Part shown: piece by piece, positions 26,226 through 36,640 of the stretch
How positions within the stretch are numbered: position 1 is the stretch's first letter
Layout: every line of letters starts with the position of its first letter
Origin: an uncultured Actinomycetota bacterium
GTDB taxonomy: Bacteria > Actinomycetota > Actinomycetes > DATJPE01
Reading direction: 5' to 3'
Length of the DNA: 64,000 nt
Assembly: GCA_963805505.1 (NCBI GenBank)
Contig: CAWDUP010000007.1
Location: 557,618-621,617 of the forward strand
Position numbers and translations under genes: made by a program
Notes under the pieces: model-generated
Told to the model about the DNA's origin: nothing
Seen by the model: the letters and a program-made list of their open reading frames with translations, nothing else
The model's database searches: none

Positions 26226-26632
26226 GCGCATCCGGGTCCCAGGGGCCGAACAAGCGAACATCGTCGGCGGGTCCGAGCAGACTGACCGGCGTGGTCGAGG
26301 TCGAAGACGTACGGCGGCTGGCTCTGACCCTTCCGCGGACCGAGGAAGCACTCGTCCACGACCGGGTCAAGTTCCGGGTGCGCGGTCTGGTCTACGTCGC
26401 GTTCTCCCGAGACGAGACGATCATGGGATTCGGCTATCCCAAACATGCGCGGACAGCGCTGGTGGCCGGCGAACCGCACAAGTTCCTGATGCCGGCGCCG
26501 TCTGACGAACGGTTCAACTGGGTCCGCGCGCGGTTGTCCGAGCTCGACCCTGACGAGATGCACGAGCTGGTCATCGACGCGTGGCGCATGGTCGTGCCGA
26601 AGTTCCTGGCTCGCGAACGGCTCGGGTCCTGA
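26222..26632 (+). CDS. MmcQ/YjbR-family DNA-binding protein
   Basis: 136 aa, ...RRLALTLPRTEEALVHDRVKFRVRGLVYVAFSRDETIMGFGYPK... typical of the YjbR fold. Confidence 0.7.
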   Translation: MSASGSQGPNKRTSSAGPSRLTGVVEVEDVRRLALTLPRTEEALVHDRVKFRVRGLVYVAFSRDETIMGFGYPKHARTALVAGEPHKFLMPAPSDERFNWVRARLSELDPDEMHELVIDAWRMVVPKFLARERLGS

Positions 26633-26634
26633 GC

Positions 26635-26880
26635 TCAGCCCGCGTCGGTCGCGGGTCGCTCGGAGACGTACTCCTTCGCCAACGCCTCGACGATCGCCTG
26701 CACCAGCTCCGGAGCCGACTCGGCCGGAAGGCGGAAGGTCTGCAGGCAGGTGTCATAGCGCCACAGGCTCAGGACGTAGACGGCTTCGCCCGGATGGAAC
26801 GCCACGCGCAGCGAGCGCCCGTGCTCTCGGGCGTCGAAGAACACCGCACCTTGGGTCGGCAACGGGGTGACCTCGCGCAT
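26635..26880 (-). CDS. Small hypothetical protein (81 aa)
   Basis: A minus-strand ORF convergent with the YjbR gene. It has no recognizable motif. Its minus-strand position suggests coding, but the evidence is weak. Confidence 0.4.
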   Translation of the reverse strand: MREVTPLPTQGAVFFDAREHGRSLRVAFHPGEAVYVLSLWRYDTCLQTFRLPAESAPELVQAIVEALAKEYVSERPATDAG

Positions 26881-26955
26881 GCCTGAAGTATCGAGGTGCT
26901 CAGCCCATCGAACAAGACTTCGGCCGACCCAGGACCCAAGAGCGAGCCGGACGCG

Positions 26956-27399
26956 CTAGCCGCCGTGCTCGGCCACGGCTGCGCCCAAGCCGTTCGCGCA
27001 CCTACGGCCGTGCTCGCCGTCGGTCGCCTGGATACCCATCACCGGGAGCGTCGTGCCGTCGGACAGGTCGAGCTGGACCCAGGGGTCTCCCGGCGCCAGG
27101 CGTACGGCCACGATCTCCGCCCACTCCAGCCGGCGACGGCGAAAGAGGTTGACCACGGTGATGCCTCGCTCATCGGCCACGACTCGGACCGCTGCGTAGC
27201 GGTGCAGGACCCACGCGATCAAGAGACCGGAACCGATGAGCAGACCGCGGTCGAGAGGCGTGGCGCCCGAGCGCCCCTTGCTGGTCAGCGCAACGGCCAC
27301 CACGACGAAGCCGATGAGGACGACGACGGCGAGGAGGTAGGGCACGATCCGGCCACGTCGCGGGCGCCACACCGTCGGCAGCTGCGGGGCGTCGCTCAC
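26956..27399 (-). CDS. PH-domain-containing membrane protein (bPH_2 / YdbS-like)
   Basis: 147 aa with two N-terminal TM helices followed by a bacterial PH-like domain (...ERGITVVNLFRRRRLEWAEIVAVRL...). It lies immediately downstream of hisG, as Rv2120c does in M. tuberculosis. Confidence 0.65.
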   Translation of the reverse strand: MSDAPQLPTVWRPRRGRIVPYLLAVVVLIGFVVVAVALTSKGRSGATPLDRGLLIGSGLLIAWVLHRYAAVRVVADERGITVVNLFRRRRLEWAEIVAVRLAPGDPWVQLDLSDGTTLPVMGIQATDGEHGRRCANGLGAAVAEHGG

Positions 27400-27418
27400 C
27401 TCTGGGCGCCCCAGTCAT

Positions 27419-28288
27419 TCACAGCCGGCAGGCATGGATGTCGGTGGTCAGGATGCTGCGCGCGCCGAGGTCGTAGAGGGCGTCCATCACCCGGTTCGTG
27501 TCGCGTCGTTCCACCAGAGCGCGCACAGCAACCCAGCCTTCCCGTTGCAGGGGTGAGACCGTCGGCGACTCCGTGCCGGGCGTGAGCGCGCACGCGGCGT
27601 CGACCAGATCCGCCGGGCAGTCGTAGTCCATCATCACGAAGGCCCTGGCCACCATCACGCCCTGCAAGCGGCGTTCGAGCTGCAGAACCGCAGGGGTGAC
27701 GGCCAAACCGGTGCGCCGCACGAGGACCGCCTCGGAGTGCAGGATGGGCTCGCCAAACACCTCCAGGCCGGCTTCCTTCAGAGTGCTGCCCGTCTCGACG
27801 ACGTCGGCGATGACATCGGCAACCCCGAGCCGCACCGAGGTCTCGACGGCACCGTCGAGCGTGATCACTTCGGCCGCCACGCCCAGGTCGGCAAGATGAC
27901 GTTCGACCAGCCCAGGGTAGGCCGTGGCGATGCGCTGCCCGTCGAGGTCGGCCACGGTCATGTCTGTGCCCGCCCGGGCCGCAAACCGGAGGGTTGACGC
28001 CGCGAAGCCGAGCGGCAGGATCTCTTCGGCATCCGCGCCGCTGTCGAGCAGCAGGTCGCGACCGGTGAACCCGACATCCAGCCGGCCTGACCCGACGTAG
28101 ACGGCGATGTCGCGTGGTCGCAGGAAGAAGAACTCGGTGGCATTCTCCGGATCTCGCAACGCGAGCTCGCGCTGGCTGGCGCGCTGCCGATAGCCAGCCT
28201 CCCGGAGCATCTGACTCGCCGGCTCGGCGAGTGAGCCCTTGTTCGGGACGGCAACCCTGAGCAAGGGCGCGCCTGCGTCGATGCTCAC
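27419..28288 (-). CDS. hisG: ATP phosphoribosyltransferase (long form)
   Basis: ...[24 protein letters not shown]... plus the C-terminal regulatory domain. The GTG at 28288 overlaps the hisE stop (GTGA); the alternative TTG at 28264 gives [10 protein letters not shown] as in M. tuberculosis. Confidence 0.9.
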   Translation of the reverse strand: MSIDAGAPLLRVAVPNKGSLAEPASQMLREAGYRQRASQRELALRDPENATEFFFLRPRDIAVYVGSGRLDVGFTGRDLLLDSGADAEEILPLGFAASTLRFAARAGTDMTVADLDGQRIATAYPGLVERHLADLGVAAEVITLDGAVETSVRLGVADVIADVVETGSTLKEAGLEVFGEPILHSEAVLVRRTGLAVTPAVLQLERRLQGVMVARAFVMMDYDCPADLVDAACALTPGTESPTVSPLQREGWVAVRALVERRDTNRVMDALYDLGARSILTTDIHACRL

Positions 28289-28557
28289 AGGCTGGAGTAG
28301 ACATCGTCGAGGGTGAGATCGAGAGCGATCATCATCACCTGCGCGTGATAGAGCAGCTGCGCGATCTCCTCGGCTGCCCGCTCCGCAGCCTCGTGCTCGG
28401 CGGCCATCCATACCTCCGCCGCCTCTTCCACGATCTTCTTGCCGACCGCGTGTACGCCTCCGTCGAGCAGCCGAACCGTGCCCGATCCGGCGGGGCGACG
28501 GGCCTTGATCTCGACTAGCTCACCGTAAAGCTGTTCGAAGGTCTTCATGATCGGCAA
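28285..28557 (-). CDS. hisE: Phosphoribosyl-ATP pyrophosphatase
   Basis: 90 aa, [56 protein letters not shown]... Confidence 0.9.
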   Translation of the reverse strand: MPIMKTFEQLYGELVEIKARRPAGSGTVRLLDGGVHAVGKKIVEEAAEVWMAAEHEAAERAAEEIAQLLYHAQVMMIALDLTLDDVYSSL

Positions 28558-28559
28558 GC

Positions 28560-29036
28560 CTACGGGCGTGGCAGAGATCGCAGGGTCAGGGCGGTGGCCA
28601 GGGCCGCTTCCACGGCCTCGCGTCCCTTGTCCTCCGAAGATCCTGGTCCACCGGCTCGCGCGAGAGCCTGGGCCTCGTCGTCACAGGTGAGCAGGCCGAA
28701 CCCCACCGGAACCCCTGTGTCGAGCGCGACCCGGGTCAGCCCCTCGGTGGCGGCTCGGCAGACGTAGTCGAAGTGCGGTGTGCCACCTCGGATCACGACC
28801 CCGAGCGCGACGACCGCGTCGACTGAGGTGCGCGCGAGCGCAAGGGCGACCACGGGAAGCTCGAAGGCGCCGGGGACTCGGATCAGACTGCGCCGGACGC
28901 CCAGCTCGTCGAGGGTTCGGGTCGCACCAGCAACGAGTCCGGCCATGACCTCGTCATGCCAGGACGCGGCAACCACCGCCACGGTCAATTGGTCGGCTCC
29001 GGCCAGCTCCAGGCCCGGTGCGCCTGCGCCGCTCAC
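28560..29036 (-). CDS. ribH: 6,7-dimethyl-8-ribityllumazine synthase
   Basis: 158 aa, ...[22 protein letters not shown]...GAFELPVVA... Its start overlaps the ribBA stop. Confidence 0.95.
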   Translation of the reverse strand: MSGAGAPGLELAGADQLTVAVVAASWHDEVMAGLVAGATRTLDELGVRRSLIRVPGAFELPVVALALARTSVDAVVALGVVIRGGTPHFDYVCRAATEGLTRVALDTGVPVGFGLLTCDDEAQALARAGGPGSSEDKGREAVEAALATALTLRSLPRP

Positions 29037-30301
29037 CCGCGACCCCCAGCCAAGCCGGCTCCGTCTTCGAGGTCCGGCAGCTCGTGACCCATCCGGTCGC
29101 GCTTGGTCTCCAGGTAGAAGCGGTTGTGCTCAGTCGCCACCACCGGTAGCGGAACGCGGCCGTTGATCGCCAGCCCATAGCCCTCGAGACCGGCGCGCTT
29201 CGTCGGATTGTTGGTCAGCAGGCGCATCGACCGCACTCCAAGCTCAACCAGGATCTGAGCGCCGATCCCGTAGTCCCGAGCGTCCGCCGGCAGCCCCAGG
29301 TCGAGGTTGGCGTCCACCGTGTCGCGACCGCCGTCTTGCAGCTGATAGGCCTGCAGCTTGTGCAGGAGTCCGATGCCGCGACCCTCATGACCTCGCATGT
29401 ACAAGATGACTCCCCGACCCTCTGCGGCCACACCAACGAGTGCCGCGTCCAGCTGCGGACCGCAGTCACAGCGCAAGGAACCGAAGACGTCGCCGGTCAA
29501 ACACTCGGAGTGCACGCGAACGAGGACGTCCTCACCTTCGCCGATGTCGCCGCAGACCAACGCGACGTGCTCGGACGCGTCCAGCCGACTCCGGTAGCCG
29601 ATGGCTCGGAACGTGCCGTGGACCGTGGGCAAAGGCGTGTCCGCCGCCCGCTCGACAAGGGACTCGGTGCGTCGGCGGTAGGCGATCAGGTCGGCGATCG
29701 AGATCATGACCAAGCCGTGCTCGTCAGCGAACGTACGGCACTGAGGGGCGCGCATCATCGAACCGTCGTCGTTCACCAGCTCGCACAACGCGCCGGCCGG
29801 GTTCAGGCCGGCCATCCTCGCCAGGTCTACGGCGGCTTCGGTATGCCCGGGACGGCGCAGCACGCCACCGGCCATCGCCCGAAGCGGCACCACGTGACCG
29901 GGACGGGTCAGGTCGTGCGCCTCGGTCGCTGAGTCGCTGAGGACTCGAATCGTGCGCGCCCGGTCCTCAGCCGAGATGCCAGTGGTCTTCACGTCGCGGG
30001 CATCGACAGTGACGGCAAATGCGGTGCCCTTGCGGTCCTCGTTGACCATGGTCATCGGAGGGAGCCCGAGGCGGTCGAGGTCGGGGCCTTCCATGGGCAC
30101 GCAGAGGTAACCGCTGGTGTGCCGGATCATGAACCCGACCAACGTCGGCGTGGCTTTCCCAGCCGCGAAGATGAGGTCGCCCTCGTTCTCGCGGTCCTCG
30201 TCGTCGACCACGACGACGGCCTCCCCGCGAGCGATGGCGGCAACGGCGTCCTCGACCGGGTCCAGACTGATCCCCGGGTAGGTCTCCTGGGTGTCGGTCA
30301 T
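29033..30301 (-). CDS. ribBA: Bifunctional 3,4-dihydroxy-2-butanone-4-phosphate synthase / GTP cyclohydrolase II
   Basis: [48 protein letters not shown]... (DHBP synthase) plus the GTP cyclohydrolase II domain (...[24 protein letters not shown]...). Its ATG overlaps the ribE stop (ATGA). The ORF-track start at 30328 lies inside ribE. Confidence 0.9.
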   Translation of the reverse strand: MTDTQETYPGISLDPVEDAVAAIARGEAVVVVDDEDRENEGDLIFAAGKATPTLVGFMIRHTSGYLCVPMEGPDLDRLGLPPMTMVNEDRKGTAFAVTVDARDVKTTGISAEDRARTIRVLSDSATEAHDLTRPGHVVPLRAMAGGVLRRPGHTEAAVDLARMAGLNPAGALCELVNDDGSMMRAPQCRTFADEHGLVMISIADLIAYRRRTESLVERAADTPLPTVHGTFRAIGYRSRLDASEHVALVCGDIGEGEDVLVRVHSECLTGDVFGSLRCDCGPQLDAALVGVAAEGRGVILYMRGHEGRGIGLLHKLQAYQLQDGGRDTVDANLDLGLPADARDYGIGAQILVELGVRSMRLLTNNPTKRAGLEGYGLAINGRVPLPVVATEHNRFYLETKRDRMGHELPDLEDGAGLAGGRG

Positions 30302-30921
30302 GACTGCTCCCATGAACTCTGTGCCCATGAACTCTGTGCCCCCATCAGCTTTTCGACGTACTTGGCGATGACGTCCACCTCGAGGTTGACGTGGTCCCCC
30401 GCCCTCTTGCGGCCCAACGTGGTCAGTTCCAGCGTCGTCGGGATCAGGCTGACCGTGAACCAGTCGCCGCCGACCTCGACGACGGTCAGGGAGACCCCGT
30501 CCACGGTCACGGATCCCTTCTCCACGACATAACGCTCCAGGTCGTTCGGCAACGAGATGCGCACGACCTCCCAGTGCTCCCCCGGCGTGCGATCCAGCAG
30601 CGCCCCGGTGCCGTCGACGTGGCCCTGGACCAGGTGGCCGCCCAGTCGGTCGGCCAAGGTCACCGGGCGTTCAAGGTTGACCGGGCTCCCGACCGTCAGT
30701 GCTCCGAGGCTGGACCGGTCGAGCGTCTCCAGCATCACGTCGGCCGTGAACGCTCCGTCGGCAACCGCCACGACGGTCAGGCACACCCCGTTGACCGCGA
30801 TCGACGCGCCATGGGTTGCGTCGGCGGTGACGAGTGGTCCGCGCACGGTCAGCCGTACCGCATCGGTTTGCTCCTCGACGTCGAGCACCTCGCCGAGCTC
30901 TTCCACGATTCCGGTGAACAC
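30298..30921 (-). CDS. ribE: Riboflavin synthase (alpha chain)
   Basis: 207 aa from the GTG at 30921 ([12 protein letters not shown]...), with two lumazine-binding repeats. It sits 1 nt after the ribD stop. Confidence 0.9.
   Translation of the reverse strand: MFTGIVEELGEVLDVEEQTDAVRLTVRGPLVTADATHGASIAVNGVCLTVVAVADGAFTADVMLETLDRSSLGALTVGSPVNLERPVTLADRLGGHLVQGHVDGTGALLDRTPGEHWEVVRISLPNDLERYVVEKGSVTVDGVSLTVVEVGGDWFTVSLIPTTLELTTLGRKRAGDHVNLEVDVIAKYVEKLMGAQSSWAQSSWEQS
30311..30340 (-). repeat. Perfect 15-bp tandem duplication (catgaactctgtgcc x2) in the last codons of ribE
   Basis: Direct reading. It encodes [10 protein letters not shown] at the RibE C-terminus and creates two extra in-frame ATGs upstream of the ribBA start. 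Confidence 0.9.
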
Positions 30922-30922
30922 C

Positions 30923-31945
30923 TCAGTCCTTCCTGAACATCGTGATCCGTACGTCGTCGCCGACCTGCGTGGCGTCGACCAGGCGTAGACGCAACCCATC
31001 GGCCAGCGTGCCGATTCCGGCCTCTCCCAGGGCTGGGCGGCCAGAACCAAGAAGCAGCGGGGCGACATAGACGATGACCTCGTCGACGAGCCCCGCGGCG
31101 ACGAAGGCGCCTGCGACGGTCGGGCCACCCTCGAGCCACACGTGCCGGATCCGTTCGTCTCGCAGTGCCCGCAGCGCCACTGCCGGGTCGTGGGTCAGCA
31201 GCTGCAAGGTTCGAGCGGCGTCATCGCGAAGCCGAGCCTCCGCGGGCAGTTCCCGCATTCCCATCACCACGCGCAGCGGCTGCCGAGTGGCGGGGTGCGC
31301 CACGTCGTCGTGGTCGCGGACGGTCAGCTGCGGGTCGTCGGCCAGGGCGGTGCCGGTGCCGACGAGCACCGCATCACACTCGCCGCGCAGTCGGTGGACG
31401 TCGCGGCGCGCGTCCAGCCCGGTGATCCAACGACTGGTGCCATCGCCGGCAGCGACTCGGCCGTCCGCCGACATAGCGGTCTTCCACGTCACCACCGGCC
31501 GCCCCAGTCGCATGCTCAACGCCCAGAAGGCGTTCAGGGCGGCCGACTCCTCGGCGAGGACGCCGCCCTCGACATCAACGCCCGCGGCGCGCAGCTGTTG
31601 GGCACCACCGGACACCGCCGGATTGGGATCGGTCTGGCCGAAGACGACCCTTTCGACACCGGAGGCGATCAGCTGCTGGACGCAACGCCCCGGGCGGTCG
31701 TCCCCGTTGCACGGCTCCAGCGTCACGACCGCGGTGGCGACCTTCTCCCCTGCCGGAACGCGCTTGAGGGCCGCGACCTCTGCGTGGTCGGTGCCTGCCC
31801 CATGATGAGCGGCTTCGGCAACGGTGGCGCCCTCGGCGTTGAGCAGCACGCAGGCCACGCGCGGGTTGGGGTTGGGCGTGAAGTCGGCGGTGCGCGCGAG
31901 CTCGAGGGCCCGCCGCATGGCAGCGATCTCGGTGTCGGTGGCCAT
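30923..31945 (-). CDS. ribD: Bifunctional diaminohydroxyphosphoribosylaminopyrimidine deaminase / 5-amino-6-(5-phosphoribosylamino)uracil reductase
   Basis: 340 aa with a CMP/dCMP-type deaminase zinc motif (HAEVAAL...PCNGDDRPGRC) and a reductase domain. Confidence 0.9.
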   Translation of the reverse strand: MATDTEIAAMRRALELARTADFTPNPNPRVACVLLNAEGATVAEAAHHGAGTDHAEVAALKRVPAGEKVATAVVTLEPCNGDDRPGRCVQQLIASGVERVVFGQTDPNPAVSGGAQQLRAAGVDVEGGVLAEESAALNAFWALSMRLGRPVVTWKTAMSADGRVAAGDGTSRWITGLDARRDVHRLRGECDAVLVGTGTALADDPQLTVRDHDDVAHPATRQPLRVVMGMRELPAEARLRDDAARTLQLLTHDPAVALRALRDERIRHVWLEGGPTVAGAFVAAGLVDEVIVYVAPLLLGSGRPALGEAGIGTLADGLRLRLVDATQVGDDVRITMFRKD

Positions 31946-32057
31946 CAGGCGCCTCGGCTCGCGTCGGTCGCGTCGGCCCGGAGCCGTACGAGAAAGGTGC
32001 CCGCAAGCCGATCCGTGCCCCCGGACGACGAGCGCCGCGGCACAGACGAGCCCGCGC

Positions 32058-32183
32058 GTCGCCTCCCATCCGGACTTTCACCGTCGGTCCAGGAGTTCCA
32101 CCTGGTCCACCGGCCGATGGCTTCGGTCGGGTCGCGGACTGTCACCGCCGGTTCGGAATTGCACCGACCCCGGGACGCACGAG
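32058..32183 (-). promoter_or_regulatory. FMN riboswitch (RFN element) in the ribD leader
   Basis: The minus strand reads ...GTCCCGGGGTCGGTGCAATTCCGAACCGGCGGTGACAGTCCGCGACCCG...GGTGGAACTCCTGGACCGACGGTGAAAGTCCGGATGGGAGGCGAC. This contains the conserved RFN core blocks (GGTG-AATTCC...ACCGGCGGT..AGTCCGCGA; CCGACGGT-AAAGTCCGGATGG-AGA). The expression platform spans 31946-32057. Confidence 0.8.
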
Positions 32184-32306
32184 TTAACTGTGTACGGCCC
32201 CATCTTGCCACGAACCCGGTTGAGCCACATCTACCAGCCGCAATCCGAGAGGTTTGCGCATCCGGCAAAGGTCGGGGCGGGATCCATGACCCCTACGACG
32301 CGAGGA

Positions 32307-32987
32307 TCAGCGGGTCTTCGCGGCCTCCACGGCAAGGCGCCGCAGCCGGAGGCAGGCTTCGGCCGCGTCCTGCGCGCCGTAGACGGCAGATCCGGCCACG
32401 AACGTGTCGGCACCCGCGTCGGAGCAGGCAGCAATGGTGTCCTCTCCGACTCCTCCATCGACCTGCAACCAGACCTCGCCCCCGGTGGCAGCGATCAGCT
32501 CCTTGGCCCGCCGCACCTTGGGCAGCATGTCGGCCATGAAGGCCTGGCCGCCGAAGCCAGGCTCGACGGTCATGATCAGCACCATGTCCACCTCACGGAT
32601 CAGGTCGACATACTCGTCGATGGCGGTCTTGGGCTTCACGCCCATGCCGGCGCGCGCTCCCGCCGACCTCAGGTTCCGCGCGAGCCGTACAGGCTCGGCG
32701 GCGGCCTCGACATGGAAGGTCACCGACCCGGCCCCGGCCTCGGCGTAGGCGGGTGCCCACCGGTCAGGGTCCTCGATCATCAGGTGGCAGTCGACCGGCG
32801 TCCTGGCGTCTCGGAGCAGGGCCTCCACCACTGGCAGGCCGATGGTGAGGTTGGGGACGAAGTGGTTGTCCATGACGTCGACGTGCAGCCAGTCCGCGGC
32901 ACCCTCGACACGGGCGGCCTCCTCGGCCAAGCGGGCGAAGTCGGCGGCGAGGATGCTCGGCGCGATCCGGACTCCCACAGTGCTCAC
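32307..32987 (-). CDS. rpe: Ribulose-phosphate 3-epimerase
   Basis: 226 aa, [50 protein letters not shown]... Confidence 0.95.
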   Translation of the reverse strand: MSTVGVRIAPSILAADFARLAEEAARVEGAADWLHVDVMDNHFVPNLTIGLPVVEALLRDARTPVDCHLMIEDPDRWAPAYAEAGAGSVTFHVEAAAEPVRLARNLRSAGARAGMGVKPKTAIDEYVDLIREVDMVLIMTVEPGFGGQAFMADMLPKVRRAKELIAATGGEVWLQVDGGVGEDTIAACSDAGADTFVAGSAVYGAQDAAEACLRLRRLAVEAAKTR

Positions 32988-33075
32988 GCTATCCGAGGCG
33001 TCGAACTGTTCGACTTTCGTGGCTCATAGACCCCGGAAGTCGAACTGTTCGCCAAGCCAACGGTGCCTGGCGGAG

Positions 33076-35130
33076 TCAGGGTGCCCGGGTGGTCAGCTTT
33101 ACCGGGCGGTCGTGGATCTTCCCTCGCACCTTCGCCACGGCGTCGTTGTCGTAGTCGTTCCACGTCGCCTTGATCCGGCCGTCACGCCGACCCGGACCGA
33201 ACACGTCGAGGTCAACGGTGTAGACGCCCGTGTCGCGGTTCCAGACCACGGTGCCCGTCGCCTTGACGTCGCGCACGAAGCCGTACTTCTTGACGCGGAA
33301 GCGCAGCACGTCGTCGCCGGTGTAGGAGTACGTGCCCCCGAACAGCCCGACGCCGTCCCCGGTGTAGTTGTTCCACCAACGGGGCACGAGATCCCCCGCC
33401 ACGGCGAGCGCGGCGGTCACCAGGCGCCGGTCGTTGCTGGAGGACTTGACGCTGGAGCCCTGCTTCGCCGGCTGCAGATGAGCCATCGTCCGGCTGAACA
33501 CCGGCACAGTCCGAACGGGTGCGTAGGCCGTGTCGACGCAGTCGGTCCCCGACACTGTCCCACCGCTCTTGAGGAACCGTCGCACGATCCCTTCGGCGCA
33601 GCCTTGTCGGTCACCGAGCGCCGTGACGTGGCCCACGTTGGGCACCGAGACGAAGGTGGCGTCTGGGAACCGGCTTGCCACGTCCTGGCCGCCTTCTGGT
33701 GAGGTGACCGAGTCGAGATCCCCCGACAGCACCAACGTCGGCAGGTCCGGGTAGTCCACGCCGGGCTCTTCCGGCAAGACGAGATTGGTCGGGGCTGGCC
33801 AACGCAGACAGGTGCGTGCCTCCGCCCAGCCGGACTTGATCCAGTCATCCATACGGAACGGGTCGAATGCATCAGGATCGTTCGATGCCAGGGCTTTGCG
33901 CGCTGCGCGGTACTGAGCCTCACGCTGTGGCCCAGGAGGAAGAGCCACGTCCCAAAGAGATGGGTAGTCGTTGCAGATGACGGCGATGTACTCAGTCGCG
34001 CTGTAGTAGTACGGCGAGCCGTTGTCGGGGTCGTCGGTGATGTTCTCCGCCACCAGTCGCTTCAGCGGCTTGCGCATTCCGCGCTCCCAGGCGCGCAGCG
34101 CGGCGTCGAGCTCCTTGTAGATCGTCGTGCCATACGTCGCGTAGGCAGCGACGAGTGCGAGGTTGACGCCGTTGACGGTCACCTTCTTCCTGGTCCCCTC
34201 CGAGTCCCGCGCGACGCCCTTGATCGGGTGTGCGTGCAGCTCGGCCGCCAGGTCGCGCAAGCGTGTCAGGGCATCGCCTGGGTGACTCGCGCAGACCGGG
34301 TCGCGGTCGCAGACCCGGGTCACAGCGTCAGAGATCGCTCGGTTGGTGTCGGCCCACCACGGGTCTTGCCCGGAGACGGGGTAGGAAGCGTCGAGAGTCA
34401 GCGTGCGAAGACGATCCGGGTGACGCAACGCCATCGTCTGGGCGAAGAACGTGCCGTACGAGTCGCCGTACAGATCGATCTGATCGATGCCCAGGGCGTC
34501 GAGAACTACGGCCATGTCATCGGCGGCATACGCCGTCCCGAAGGTGTCGGCTCGACCTCCCAGCCGCTCGCCGCAGACGCCAACGGCTTGCTCGTACCGC
34601 ATCGTCCCGCGCTGGAGCGGCTTGCACTTGAGCGCGTCGGAGGCTCCGGTTCCTCGCTCATCGACCAGCAGGACCGCGCGCCGCTGCATGAGCGGGCCGA
34701 ACATCGCCAGGTAGTAGTCGCGAGACTCTGTCGACGGATAACCCGGACCGCCTTCGTTCGCGACCAGAGTGCCGAGTGAAGAACTGGTCTTGTCCTTGCG
34801 CGGGTAGAACTCGAAGCCGACGCGTTGCTTGCCCAGCGCGGGTCGCAGGGGGTCAGCCAGTGTCATGATGTGACCGCACTTGGCGCGCTTGGGGACATAC
34901 TTGAAGCAGGAGTCCCAGTGGACTTTAGGAGTCTTCTGCTGACGCGCGCTCACGGAGCCGGACTTGCTCGGCAAACCGGAGACGCTGGCTGCAGCGGTCG
35001 CTGCGGACAGGGTGAGCGGCGCCACGACGTCTGCCGCCGGCGCGCTGGCCGTCGCCTGTTGCGGGAGCGCCATCGCGGTGCCCGCGGTGAGGACGACGCA
35101 CGCTACGAGCACTGATCGACGAGTCAGCAT
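33076..35130 (-). CDS. Secreted alpha/beta-hydrolase peptidase (TAP-like / S33 family), probably Tat-exported
   Basis: The start is reassigned to MLTRRSVLVACVVLTAGTAMALPQQATASA, a signal peptide with a twin-Arg TRRSVL motif. It has a GDSYGT nucleophile elbow and TAP-like C-terminal region. The ORF-track extension to 35385 is spurious. Confidence 0.7.
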   Translation of the reverse strand: MLTRRSVLVACVVLTAGTAMALPQQATASAPAADVVAPLTLSAATAAASVSGLPSKSGSVSARQQKTPKVHWDSCFKYVPKRAKCGHIMTLADPLRPALGKQRVGFEFYPRKDKTSSSLGTLVANEGGPGYPSTESRDYYLAMFGPLMQRRAVLLVDERGTGASDALKCKPLQRGTMRYEQAVGVCGERLGGRADTFGTAYAADDMAVVLDALGIDQIDLYGDSYGTFFAQTMALRHPDRLRTLTLDASYPVSGQDPWWADTNRAISDAVTRVCDRDPVCASHPGDALTRLRDLAAELHAHPIKGVARDSEGTRKKVTVNGVNLALVAAYATYGTTIYKELDAALRAWERGMRKPLKRLVAENITDDPDNGSPYYYSATEYIAVICNDYPSLWDVALPPGPQREAQYRAARKALASNDPDAFDPFRMDDWIKSGWAEARTCLRWPAPTNLVLPEEPGVDYPDLPTLVLSGDLDSVTSPEGGQDVASRFPDATFVSVPNVGHVTALGDRQGCAEGIVRRFLKSGGTVSGTDCVDTAYAPVRTVPVFSRTMAHLQPAKQGSSVKSSSNDRRLVTAALAVAGDLVPRWWNNYTGDGVGLFGGTYSYTGDDVLRFRVKKYGFVRDVKATGTVVWNRDTGVYTVDLDVFGPGRRDGRIKATWNDYDNDAVAKVRGKIHDRPVKLTTRAP

Positions 35131-35188
35131 GCGCGGACGGTACGCCAGCCGAGCAGGGTGTGTCCTCCCCCAAATGGTCGGAGTTGGC

Positions 35189-36640
35189 TCACGCCCGGCG
35201 GCGAAGTAGCGCCAGGTACATCGCGTCGGTGCCGTGCCGATGTGGCCAGAGCTGGACGTCCGGCCCGTCTCCGAGGTCCGGTAGCTCCTGCCGGACGATG
35301 GAGTGCACAGCCGAGCGGGCGTCGCAGTGCTCGAGCTCGGGACGTCCAGCAAGTACCGAGTCGACCACCCCGCGAGTCTCCGCAAGGACCGGCGAGCACG
35401 TCACGTAGGCAATGATCCCGCCGGGGCGTACGGCGTCCGCAGCGGCACCCAGCAGAGCGCGCTGCAGCGGCACGAGGCGAGCGACGTCCGCGCGCTGACG
35501 CCGCCACCGCGCCTCGGGCCGGCGCCGCAGCGCACCCAGCCCGGTGCACGGGGCATCGACCAGGACTCGGTCGAAGGTCGCGTCGGCCCATGGTCCAGCT
35601 CGACCGTCACCGACCACGACGTCGACGTGCGCACCACTGTGCGAGATGGCGCGTTGGACGAGCTCGGCGCGGTGCGGCTGGAGCTCGTTGGCGGTCAGCC
35701 GTATCCCACGAGCCCCGGCGAGCCCAGCCAGCAGGGCCGCCTTCCCGCCGGGGCCGGCGCACAGATCCAGCCACCGTTCGTCGAGCTCTGCGGGCTCGAC
35801 CGACGCGGCGGCCGTGGCGAGCGCGACGAGCTGGCTGCCCTCATCCTGAACCCCGACCGCGCCGGAGCGGACCAAGGCGAAGCCACCAGGGTCGCCCGAG
35901 GGCAGCCGACCGGCGTAGGGGGACCACCGGCCGGGCTCGGCACCCATGGCGGCCAGGTCAGCAGCGGTAGCACGGTCGGGTCGCGCCACCAGGGTGACCG
36001 TTGGTGCGGCGTTGTCGGCGACGAGCAGGTCAACGAGGTCAGCGCAGCGTTCCTCGAGACCTTCGCCGGGGGCGAGGTCGACACCCAGAGCGTCTGCGAA
36101 CTCCTCGACGATCCAGCGCGGATGGGCATGCATCACCGCGAGGTGCCCCACGGGGTCCTTCTCCATGCCGGGGGCAAGCTCGGCGAGCCAGGTCGCGAGG
36201 TCCTTGGCGCCGACCTTGCGGAGGACCGCGTTGACGAATTTGGCTCGCCCATCACCAAGGACAGCGCGCGCGAGCTCAACGGTCTCCCCCGTCGCGGCGT
36301 GATGAGGGACCCGCATGGCCAGGAGCTGATGGGCGCCGAGACGCAGCACATCGAGCACGGGGCCGTCGACCTGGTCGAGCGGCCGGTCGACGCACGCCGC
36401 CAGCATCAGGTCGTAGGAGCCTGATGCCCGCAACGTGCCGTAGGCGAGCTCAGTCGCGAAAGCCGCGTCCCGGCCCTCGATGCGGCGGTCGCGAAGCAGG
36501 CCGGGCAGCACGAGGTTGGCGTAGGCATCATCGACCCGAACCTTCTGCAAGGTGTCGTAGGCGGCCCGCCGCGGCGCGTCCGGTGTCGGCCGCTTGTAGC
36601 CTCTCGTCGCCTTGGCGCCGGGACGTCTCGGATGGCTCAC
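35189..36640 (-). CDS. rsmB: 16S rRNA (cytosine967-C5)-methyltransferase RsmB/Sun/Fmu
   Basis: 483 aa with an N-terminal NusB-like domain and a C-terminal SAM-dependent methyltransferase. Confidence 0.9.
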   Translation of the reverse strand: MSHPRRPGAKATRGYKRPTPDAPRRAAYDTLQKVRVDDAYANLVLPGLLRDRRIEGRDAAFATELAYGTLRASGSYDLMLAACVDRPLDQVDGPVLDVLRLGAHQLLAMRVPHHAATGETVELARAVLGDGRAKFVNAVLRKVGAKDLATWLAELAPGMEKDPVGHLAVMHAHPRWIVEEFADALGVDLAPGEGLEERCADLVDLLVADNAAPTVTLVARPDRATAADLAAMGAEPGRWSPYAGRLPSGDPGGFALVRSGAVGVQDEGSQLVALATAAASVEPAELDERWLDLCAGPGGKAALLAGLAGARGIRLTANELQPHRAELVQRAISHSGAHVDVVVGDGRAGPWADATFDRVLVDAPCTGLGALRRRPEARWRRQRADVARLVPLQRALLGAAADAVRPGGIIAYVTCSPVLAETRGVVDSVLAGRPELEHCDARSAVHSIVRQELPDLGDGPDVQLWPHRHGTDAMYLALLRRRA

